Shown here piece after piece: positions 1 through 10,900 of a DNA stretch of 64,000 bases; the stretch's first letter is position 1; the number at the start of each line of letters is the position of its first letter. The notes beneath the pieces are model-generated. The model was not told the origin of the DNA. It ran no database searches and saw only the letters and a program-made list of their open reading frames with translations. The stretch comes from Diadema antillarum. Its lineage: Eukaryota. The position numbers and the translations under genes are program-made. The DNA is taken from positions 1,674,001-1,738,000 of the forward strand of contig NW_027271433.1 of the NCBI RefSeq assembly GCF_040938485.1. The letters are read 5' to 3'.

Positions 1-69
1 TCCTTCATGTGTTTTTATAAAGTATAATTCCATGAAATAAATACATTATATTTCTGGGACATTTTACTG

Positions 70-333
70 TTCAAGATTCAAGATTCAAGATTCAAATTTA
101 TTTTTATTTCCATCAAACAAACAGAGAAATTATATACAATGTATATGCAGAGGATATTTGTAATAATTGCAGAATGTGATTTAACAAAGTGCATGTGAAA
201 ATGAGTAACAGATGAAGAAAACACAATTGTATTTTTTTTAATTTATGCATATGCGTAATACAAGTTAACTAAGGATGGGGATGGAAATGGAGGGTCCTAC
301 TAAGAAGCAAAGCTTGTATGATATGGGACCCTC
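70..333 (-). mobile_element. 3' end of a non-LTR (CR1/L2-like) retroelement: hairpin, AATAAA and (TTGAATC)n tail
   Basis: On the minus strand: 8-bp stem GAGGGTCC/GGACCCTC (290-333), an AT-rich spacer, AATAAA, then a TTGAATC tandem tail (70-96). Same layout as three other copies in the window. Confidence 0.6.
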
Positions 334-396
334 AGAAAATACACAAGACAGCAAATAATGAATTAAGCCACAAACCGATATACCGTAAAACAAAAT

Positions 397-440
397 AAAA
401 TGTTAACATGGTTATATTAAAATGTTAACATGGTTATATT
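397..440. repeat. 22-bp tandem duplication
   Basis: AAAATGTTAACATGGTTATATT occurs twice head to tail (397-418, 419-440). Confidence 0.9.
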
Positions 441-1583
441 CATATATATCTATTCTTATGCATTAACATACCACCACTGGTAAGTTTACCCCTGGAGAAG
501 CGTGGAATTGGATGTCCAGTTATCATAAGCTGTGTAAGATAAGATGCAAGACAATAAAAACAAAAAACCTTTTCCAAAAAGATACTGGATGACAAAAAGG
601 GATGAAGACAAGCGGTGGTTACTGGAACCAATCTCCAGCCACCTTACATGAGGCGCACCCCCACCCCCTCTATTGATGACATTGATGACGGGCGGAATTT
701 TTGAATGCCGACTCTCATTGGGAAGTGCCTGCAGCAATGCGTTGTTTATGATTCCACGGATGTCTTCCTCGTTACAATATCTGTCAAACATCATCCCGAC
801 GGAAATGGCTGAGAACTTGAAGACATCCTCTGATACAAGTTTTGATGTTCCAGTTCTCTTATTGCATGTCTTGTCGTGTCCAGTGAATCTAATGTAAAAA
901 TGGCATTTGATATCAGCCAAGTTAAATGTATCACTTTTTCTATCCAATCTTCATGTAGGTGACAGATGGACCCAAAATTTCCTTACTGGATTTTTCTTAA
1001 TTGAGATATTTTCCTGTTGCATGGATAGTAATCATTTCATTTTTCTTTTTCAGTATGATTTTCAAGCACATTTTCATATAACTTATGGATGGAAACCAAA
1101 AAGCCACATTCAGACAGAAAAAGTGGGGGTTTTCAGGAACTATTAATGGCATAATTTACCATTTGCAGATGAAACAAAAACCCAGCATTAGTGCTTTGAA
1201 ATAGTTCTAAAATGTGAGTTAGGAATAGATACAACCACTGTAAAAATTTGAATCCGTATAATAATGATAAGTATTGTTAGATATACAAAATGTGAACAAT
1301 AATAAATAATAAGAATGTTTCCAGACTAAACCGTCTACAGTTATGGTTTATTGAGAAAAATACTGATATCTCCATATATTTTAGGCTTTATTGCAAAAAT
1401 TTGATATGGTAGGATGTTTTGTGATACAACAGACCTACACATATGCATCAAATGTGATACCTTGAAAAATGTTTAAATCACTCCTCCCAAAGATAAACAG
1501 GACCTTTAAAAACACTAAGATAGAAATACTTATTATTTTCTAAAGTAAATTTCTAAAGTAGAAAAGGTAAAGAAGTCAAAATA

Positions 1584-2085
1584 CTGTAAAAGTGGTTTCT
1601 TTCGCGGTGGTTTTATTTTCGTGCTTTTCGCGCTTTGAGGTTGAACCGCGAATTTAACATCACGCAAAAATGTTTTGAAAAGTCGCACGAAATTAACCAT
1701 GCAAGGAAATGTTTTGAACTCGCCGCTTGTTACAAGGCTATTGCGCACATGCACACACGAAGATTCCGCGCATTGAGTGTATTGATGGTCAACACACACA
1801 CACAGCGATACCGCGCAATGTAGGTACAAGCATGGACCTACAAGGTCCATGGTACAAGCATGTTATAAAGTACTCGAGAGACGGGATTTCAGGTAAGCCT
1901 GCATTTGATTTTAATTTCTATTTAATAAATAAAAGAATAATAGGATTATAGTTTGGGTTTTCATGTGCAAGATAAAACAGTTTTTGCTGACTGCGAATTC
2001 ACAGGTTTTGCCGACCGCGAATTTAAACACACACGAAAAAGTCGGCACCGATGGTATCTGTACGCGAAAGAAACCACTTTTACAG
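1584..2085. mobile_element. TA-flanked MITE (non-autonomous DNA transposon), about 500 bp
   Basis: Terminal inverted repeats CTGTAAAAGTGGTTTCTTTCGCG ... CGCGAAAGAAACCACTTTTACAG with TA on both sides. A related copy lies at 30274-30484. Confidence 0.85.
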
Positions 2086-5000
2086 TATGTAACATTTCAA
2101 AAAAGAATGTGCAGTGCTAGAGACATGCATGAAAGTCTTAGATATACTTCATGAGTTAGTTTTCAAATAACACTTGTACTTTTCATTATCAAATATCAAA
2201 GTTTATGGAAACCGCTTTGTGACAGATTTGTGACAGAACCCTTTTCAAAACAAAGGCGTGCACACGGCTGTGCCAAGGAATCTATCATGGCAGTATTGTC
2301 AGTGTACTATAATCAAGTGGTATTTTTGTGACATCTTGTGAAATCAAGTGAAGTTGTTTGTCATGTTTTTCTCTCTCTTGCAGATCTTAGTTTAGTCTTC
2401 TCTGGCAAGTTGATGATGGAGTACTGTTGTGTTAAGACACACAAACAAAATGAAGAAGAAAGAAATCAAGCAGAAATGTTTGAAAATGACATGAGATGCA
2501 TGAAAAACTCGATCATAAAAAGAGAGATAACTGTCACATGACATCGTGGAGTAGCAAGTGACAAAGTCATCATATTTTGGTTGGCTGTGCCCAAAAAAAC
2601 CACAAAGAGCGCCTCTCCAGAGATGACGTGAAGCTGTCGACCAGCCGCCTGCCATATTCAAGTGCAAAACATCATGAATAAATTAACAGCTGGGTTTTTT
2701 TTTTTGTTGCATGGAAATTTTTTTCTGCCCACTGCTGTCTTGAGTAGCCATAATTTTCACCTGGTTAAGCCGGTGATTCGTAGATATATGTTCTTTAAAC
2801 AGTTATTGGCTTCTATCTGCCCGAGAGAAAAGGAAAAGAACACACTGCAATATGCCAGAATGATACGCGTGAATGGAAATGATCTCTTCTTCTCCTCCTC
2901 CTCCCTTCTCTCTTTCTCTCTCCATTTGTCTCTCTTCTTCTTCTCCCTCTCTTTCTCTCTCTCTCTCACTCTCTATCTCTCTTGCTCCTGTGCAATAACT
3001 CATATTGGTGTGTGCATGGTTGATTTTGTATAAAATTAGTCAGACTCTGTGATGCAGTGTAGAGACTGGCTTGCTACCTGAGACAAGTATGCATTAAATC
3101 TTGGGCTCTTCCAGCAAGACAAGGTGTAGGATTTGAATTGGATTTCTTGTCATGAGGTTGTGGGGGTGGGGTGGCAAAGATTGTCAGAAGACATTCCATT
3201 GAGCCACCTTTTTTTTGCTTGCCTTCTAGTGTGTTCTGTCATATTTTCCCCCCCAGGTTTAGATATTGTTTCGACACCTTGTCAATCAGATGTCCCCACT
3301 GCTGAAGGCAGTTTTACATCATCCCCTTAGTCACGTGGCTCAGATAAATGCTCAGTGAAGTTCAGAACATTTAATAACCAAACAGAGGCAAAGAGTGAGA
3401 GAGAGGGGAGAAATGATACGGATGGGACGACTTGAGAGACGAGTAAGCCACAGTGTATGCCCGTGATAAGACGCACCTTGGCTAAAATAATTTTGATGGT
3501 AGCGGGATGGCACCGAAGCGTTTGACATGCGCACTTCATCTGTAGTCTTGACGCGCAGGCTTCCCCCGAAGTTTTCGAGCATCTGGATGGAAGTGAAGGT
3601 GAAACTGGAACCAGGAATAGAGCTCCACAGTGATCTTCAGATTGGTTGTCCAGTTTATAATGAGTACCTCAAAGTATCTAGCAAGTAGTATTGGTGTCCT
3701 GTACCTCGTATGACAGTTGCTTGGACAAGGTCTGCATTCTGAGAGAAGATGACCACGCCTCTTGCAAACTAGCGAGGGGATCGAGGTTCGCTGGTGATAG
3801 GGGGTCTGATTTCACCTGCCTGTCTCCAAGGATTTTTCCAAAGGTGATTTCCACATTGCCAGAGGGAAAAGTTCCAAAGAAATCGTCATTCAGTTCAGCC
3901 TGATGATTCTATAGACTTGATTTATATTTTTGCACCTCTTATTTTTTTTTTCTCCATCTCTCACTGTTCCTCCTTTTTTTTTCTAACCTTCGTCTTGGTT
4001 GTCTGGAATCGTGAAGGAGCTAGGAATTTGAGCGTGGCCCTTTTGATATATTTTTGGGGGTGTGTTGTTCTGCGATAAATGTCCCATCAGAAGACGATCG
4101 AAGGGGTGATGAATTGAACCATCAAGGGAAGAAGACAAGTTTGAAATACAATCCTCAGGGAACTGAAGAACTCATCCCCTCGGCCTCAGTAATCCAATCC
4201 GCTGCCACAAAATTGGCTACTGTTTGGTCGGTCGTCGAAGGACTACCAGATGCAAGGAATGAAAACATCTTGCAAACAAGCCATGCTCTTTTGATCCCTC
4301 CAAACAGAAAGAGGAGGGGAAGAAAAAAAATGAGGAGAGAGGAGAGAAAACTTTCTCTTTGTCATTTCCTTTGCACTTCATTTTCAATCACGTCAGGTGA
4401 TGTGTGCCAATGAACCCGGCATCTATCAGTACTTTTTGAGAGATGCGGTCTCACTAATCCATCCCCTCCAAAAAAATGGAGAGACTGTCTGGCACCTCTT
4501 CAGAGTCCTGTAAAATGGGATTAAGCCTCAACACTCTGCACTCCCTGAACATCAGGCATTTGTTAGTGGAACAGAACTGTTCTGGGGTGTAAAGGAGTAG
4601 TAGAATTTCATGTCTTTTTTTCTTCTTCTTTCTTTCAAAAGAGAGGAGGGCAAATAGTAAGAAGCCTTTGAGAAGTAGGGAAGGGAAAATAACAAAGGTG
4701 GACCCTAAAGAATCTGTCAATTTGGGTGAGGAAATGGGGGGTTGTGGATCTGCCGCTCTCCTCAAACTTTTACCTCATGGGCATGTGAGAAAGAGTCCCA
4801 CCATGATGGAGATTCAATGGAGTTCCTCCTCCATCTTAGATCATCTCACCTCCCCCACACACCAAAAAAAAAAAAAAAAAAAAAGGAAAGAAGAACAAGA
4901 TCTAGACGTGTAATATTAGTCTAGGTTTGGGAAGCACTCAAGCGAGATACCAACATGTTGGGGGAAGTTTATTAGTGTTCCAAGCAAAGAGGTAATCTCA

Positions 5001-5721
5001 GAAATTTAACAAATTTGAAAATATGATTATAATTAAAAGCTGTGTGTAGCATTCAAAAATTTGCTGTGATTGATAGTGGTTTTTTCTCCAAATAGTTTGG
5101 AAAAATTAAATCCTCTTCAGGGCATTGTCAATTGTCATAAAGATAATTGAAGTATGAGACAGTAGAATTTACCAACGTGCTTTACCTTGGTGTCAGAAAA
5201 GCAGGAAATAGTATCATATTTTTTGAAGATGTTTGTCATAACTCAGTCAGATTCATGAGAATAGTTGAAGTTCGAACATTACCATTTCATTTGTTAAAGT
5301 TTTAGAAGGGAAATCTTTGAAATTTGTTTTGTTAATCTGTGTGAACTTTCTTACTCTGGCAGTAATTACCGTGGGTTAGGAACTAAACAGGCGTTGGCAG
5401 TTGGCAAAGGATTTGGTAGTTATATCCTTCTGTTGCTCAACTGAAAGCAGTGTTAAGCTATGACTGAATCATTTATTGACATTATACATCACAAGAGTGA
5501 TATTTTAATTTGTATCATTTTCAGCCAATATTCAGCCAACCATTGATGTTTTTGTGTAACAGGTGAACCACACCCTTCTCATGTTAGGTAGGTTTTGCTT
5601 TGCAGTATCTCAAGTATAAGCTCACACATTCAATTCAATTTATTTCCATCCACAAAAAATAATACATAAAACAAAGTATGTAGGCACCCTATTTGTTAAT
5701 TCATGTTATAGAGCAATTTAA

Positions 5722-5807
5722 CCCGTTGAGAACGAGTTCCGAGTATACTTGGGCAAGTGTCTATGAGAAATGCGTGTTGCAGCAAAATCAGCCTGCCCTT
5801 AAACGGG
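5722..5807. mobile_element. Short piggyBac-like MITE
   Basis: TTAA-CCCGTT ... AACGGG-TTTAA termini. The internal sequence (CCGAGTATACT ... GAAATGCGTGTTGCAGCAAAATCAG) recurs near 20058 and 26461. Confidence 0.65.
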
Positions 5808-6512
5808 TTTAAAAAAAATGCAAATCATGAAATATACTGCAAAATATGTAAGGATAATCATATATCCGGAAAACAGTGCACACTTTTCGATAGAAACTAG
5901 AAATGAATAAAGCGATGAAGATATAAAGCTCATATTCTCACTCTGAAGATGTCGAATGAGAGTTTTCTTGTAAAATCATCTGCTGTTGTTGCTCGAGGAG
6001 ATATGATTCGTGCAACGTATTCAGCCCTTGAAACCAGAAGGCTACTCCGTGTGTGTTGTCACGTCTTGCTGAATGAATTTAACTCATTTCTCGCACCTGT
6101 CACCCTGAATGCACTCCTTAATGAGACTCTTAATCAGGAGAATTCATCGACAATGAGTTGTACATTCTTCCTTATCTGTCGTCAAAGTGTTGGCGGAGGG
6201 GAGGAAGATTAATGGCATACACGGTTCCGTGATGATTATCAGATAACATGGTGCGAAGTCGGATCATCGGGAACTTTTCGGTTGTGACTCTGTATCTTCC
6301 TGGGTAAACACATTAGTGTCATTAAGATAATTTTTTGCGCTGAAACATCTTGCAGGTTTTCCAGAGTTGATGATACAATATTTCTGCGATCCGACTGTGG
6401 TGTTTTTGTGTAACAGGTGAACCACACCCTTTTCACATTAGCTAGGTCTGGTCTGGCAATTATGTTGTAGTATTTTACCTGAAAGAAAGATATTATTCAG
6501 AGGGGTGAAGGT

Positions 6513-6662
6513 TCAGGTGTGAGTTTCTTCAATTTGTCTCCCTCTACAAATTAAATTGTTAAGATCGCAACTGCTTATCTGTAAATTAACAAATATGTCG
6601 GAAAAAACAATCTTAACAATTTAATTTGCAGAGGGAGACAAATGTAAGAAACTCACACCTGA
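6513..6662. mobile_element. Palindromic MITE-like dispersed repeat (copy 1 of 3)
   Basis: Arms TCAGGTGTGAGTTTCTTCAATTTGTCTCCCTCT and AGAGGGAGACAAATGTAAGAAACTCACACCTGA are imperfect inverted repeats. Homologous to 38969-39088 and 41280-41476. Confidence 0.75.
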
Positions 6663-7972
6663 ATATTTTACATGTAAGCCTGCATTATATGTCTGCTATG
6701 CTTTCTGTATTCTCTTATCAAAAATGACTTAAAGTTAAGGTTGTGTAATCTCTCTGTGCTTGGTAGGGAGCAAATACATTTGAAAAAAAAAAGCTCAATT
6801 CTACATGGAAATGCTCTACAGAAATACAGAAATAGTTAATTATTTGTTCAAACTAAAAGGTATGAGAAAGTATAATTACGCTAGGTTGACTTATAAGATG
6901 ATTCATATCATATTCCACAGTTATTCATCGTTGTTCAGCAAGTCCATAGGACTCTGTATATGTAAAAAAAAAAACCCATAAATAATAACTCCGAAGATGT
7001 ATATGTATAGCCACAGTTCAAAAGGAGTCCACACCTCTTCTGCGATTGTTCATGGATGTCTAACCCTACTGGCTGGTGTGGGCTTAACCTTGGAGATGGG
7101 TAAATCCAATATAATCCTGAATTCCATTACATTTTCAAGTGAACTGGAAGTAAAATAATGTTGATCTGTGATTTTGTTTTCAAATCATATTAGACAGACC
7201 ACTCATCTATTTAGGCAAGTCTTCATACATCTCGGTACGACTGAAGCGGGTGTCTCCTTAGTGGGTTTCACCGTGACACTTAAACAATGAATCTCAGATG
7301 TGTGTTCATGCATTTCATTCCATTCTGTTTACTTCAGATGGAAAGAGAGATGCAAGCTGGCAAAATTTGATTTGAAGAAGAAAGAGTGATTTTTTTTTTT
7401 TTTTTGTCCGTGCTGGCTTTAAAGGAGCATTTTGGTGCGGGGTTAAGGCCTTTTTTACATGATCATGGCCGCTGAAGACGTGCTCATGAGATTCGCCATC
7501 TCGGTTTAGTGTATGCCTCGGTGGGCAAGCAAGGTGACAGCCTGTCATTCGCTACTCTAAAACTCTTAGATGTTTTGTTGCGTCTCCCTCCTTTTCTTAA
7601 TGACTTGAAGAAAGAGATGAAAAGGCAAGGGAAAATATTGCATGAGGTCTGGTCTAGGCTGTAGGCTTGTTCCTCCCCTCAGGGGTCCAGCGTACAGGAG
7701 GGAGCTCGCTGTGTGCAACCTTTTGTCGCAGCCCACACGTTTCAACCGACAAACTCCTTTCATGAGCAAGGTAATGCGTACTTTTCCTCTCCCGCTGTCT
7801 CCCCGTCTCTCCCTTATCATCCAGGGTGGAATCCCATTTGTCTGTTCCTCAGAGCCAGTGCCTGGCGCACCCGCGCTTTTCTCTCCTTCTTTCCTTTTGA
7901 CTTTCTCCCTGCGTTTCCCCCCTCTCCTTTCGGTAGCGATTTTTTCGCAGCACAGACGAACGCACCGTCAGA

Positions 7973-7999
7973 ATGGCTATTGATATGTCATCATGCACG
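7973..7999 (+). CDS. Candidate alternative first coding exon of Prdm3/16 (MAIDMSSCT)
   Basis: AGA-ATG-G Kozak context, 9 codons, then a strong ACG|GTGAGT donor in phase 0, compatible with the phase-0 acceptor at 26319. CpG-richer surroundings. No homology support. Confidence 0.25.
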
Positions 8000-10900
8000 G
8001 TGAGTAGAGCTTTTATGCGACGTGTCAAGAGATATTGGAAAGCCTTTTTCAGTGGTGTGTCAGGACTTGCAGCAGCCAATAGAACGCTTAGCTGATCCGC
8101 CTAGCGCAAAAATAGTCATTCTTGATGCTCCAAGTTCATTCTAACTTGTCACAGTAATACATTTTTGTTTATCCGAATCTGCCTAGGTGCCTAGCTTACT
8201 TACTGAGATGCCCCATGAAAAAAAAAAAAAATAGAAACCTTAGAATGAGGTTCGTGTAGCTCTACTAGAGTGGTGCCTACCTCAAAAGTGACAGAAACAG
8301 AATATCAATGCTCTACGTTACTCTGCTTGAAATGATGGCACATGTGAGCACTTCTGCAGTAAGCTGCCCAACAGTATAGTTGCCCACCCGTCTTCCCATT
8401 TACTCCCATCAAATATTGTCTCATCCACAAATTAATAACCTCCACATCTGAGGCTTGTCTATCGATTATCTCGAGGCAGGGTATCGCCTTGCAAACTATC
8501 CATATGTTTTTTATGGGCTTGTCAGTTGTGCCTGACTGCTTTCATCTCTTTTCTCAAGAAGTGTGAATTAAAAGAACGATGGTACTCCTGCAGTGAATGC
8601 GCGGATAATTGTAGCTCTGGGCGATGTTTTACATGGCCATTGAGCCAAATTTATTTATAATTAAAGAGACCCTCTTGCCTTTGTCGTCGGGTCATTCACG
8701 CCTCGTACAAGGAATTTTCGCGACATAATGGATAGATGAAACGTATTCATCCGACACTCGGGCTATTCAACATCAGCATCTAATCCAAACATCCCTTTGC
8801 GTGCAGGATTGCGAATCTTTTTTGTTGCGGAGCGTCATTCACCCCAAGTTTCTTTTCAGCTGTCCACCTCTGATATTTTTCTCCTGTTATCAAAAGGAGT
8901 TGCTTTCTATTTTCCTCCAATCTTTTTTTCTTCTCCTTCATCTTTTCTTTTTTACCATCACATAATATTTTCTTCCCCCAGATGATGCTTTCCCTCTGAT
9001 GTAAGATGAGAACTTGATGCGAGCCGAAAAGGAATCCCGTTACTTACGGCCCACTAGACCTCAAATAAAGCCACTGTCAGTTCCCTGAGAAGTGCATATG
9101 CACTTTTGTCCAATATCCTTGGCAATATTTTCACTCTTCCCTCGCCAATTGTTAGCGTATAACAATGGCAAGGCGTGGTCTCTGGAGAGATCGCCATGGC
9201 AACAGAGATGGGGGGGGGGGGAACCAAGCATCTTTGGGGATAGGGACCAGTAGACCTTCTCGGCCTATTGCCCTCTCCCTTTCCACACCAACTCCCTGCC
9301 ACCATCCCAGCTTTGTTTGCAGCAATCAGAATTGTTTTCTTGAGAACTTTTAAGAAGATGGTCAGATAGGATGTGCTGTTGAGTTGAACCTTGGTCCTCC
9401 TATCCTGTCTCATGGTAGTTATCACTGGTATCGCTGGAAATGCTTGAAAGTTGTAATATTTTCTTCCTGGGATTAGACTATCCCTTCCCTGCAAACTAAG
9501 AACTTGAGCATTTGATGCAGGTGTAGGGACATCAGGTCCCCTTACTCTCTTAACCCTCTCAAAGCCAGTGTTTCCAAAATACTGTGGAAATCTGTGTACA
9601 GTGTAATAGCCAGTGGTAGGGAGAGACCACAGAATACTCCCATCTCATGCGCAATTAACACCTCACCGCATATGGCTGCTTATGAATATCAAGCTTTGAT
9701 ACAAGTCACAACAGATGTTACAATGAAAGGGACAAATTAATCAATTGTTGCGATTCACGCAAGTGTGGCTAAAGTATCTTTTTTTTTTCTTTCTTTCTTT
9801 TTCTTTTCTCCTGTATCTCCCCACTTCCTGTTTAGATTTGGTTTGAAACAGCCGCAAGAAGCAGAAGCATAAATGGATGGCATAAAGAGGATTATATTTC
9901 TTGTCTAAACATATAGAGGAAATGAATTGAAAGAATAACAACTTTGAAAAAAAAAAATCTGAGAAAGCTTTTTGCAAGCCAATTAGTTCTAGATGAGTTC
10001 TCAGTCACATAAAGGAATATTTTGCCTTTGTAACGACTGGTTAGAATGAAATGTAGGTGTGTGTATTGGAGGGGTACAGAGTGGATGGGGGAAATTAGTT
10101 TGCAAACACTATAGCCACAAAAATGCCCCTTTGTGTTCGTAACTGGTCTTTTTCCTCCCTTTTTTGTGTGTATATGAGTGTTTGCCCATTTATGGCACAC
10201 TTCATTTTGGCTGGATGTCGAAGAAGGGGTGCATGTGCATTTTTTTTTTCTTTGCCAAAGTTAGGTACTGGGGCATTGCCCAAGTCACCCATCGCAAACC
10301 CTTTTTGAGGTAAAATAGGGCTAAATAAACGTTGACTGTGAAAATGTATTTGCAGATCCTGTTCTAATTATATGAAATACGCTGTTGTGGAAGTAATATC
10401 TTGCTTTCTAAGAGGTCGGTGAGAGAGTCTCAGGAAAATTTTTTTTCTTCTTCTTGTGGTTGTGCTTGCTTGCATCTGAAGAGTGCATATTGTACTTCTG
10501 CCTTCTCAAATATGAATATTATGCCTGACTCTTAAATGGATGACAAGTGAAAAAGATAATTTTCTGATTGCTAGAATGATATCAAACATTAGGATATAAA
10601 TTGAAAGGATTCCAAGTTTGTTTCACTTTTTTGTGTGATGTGGAACAACCATCAATAGTATGAAGATTTTGAATGTTACCATCTTGATAATCACTTTTAT
10701 TATCACGGCAAAGAAAAACACATTATTAATGTTATTCTCCTTCAGGAGAATGTTCATTATCTCCATGGACCCATGCTTTCTTCTGGAGATTCATAATTTC
10801 ATAATCACTCAAATATTCCTCCCTCAGTCCCCATGCCCCATTGTTTAAGCTGTTGTTACTGACAGCGCTGCATTTATGCCAGGTGCCTCTCTGCCAGAAA

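Noticed and set aside
536-555. AAGATAAGAT, resembling the EVI1 binding consensus (possible autoregulatory site)
   Set aside because: It is an incomplete match in very AT-rich sequence adjoining repeat-derived DNA, so chance is likely.
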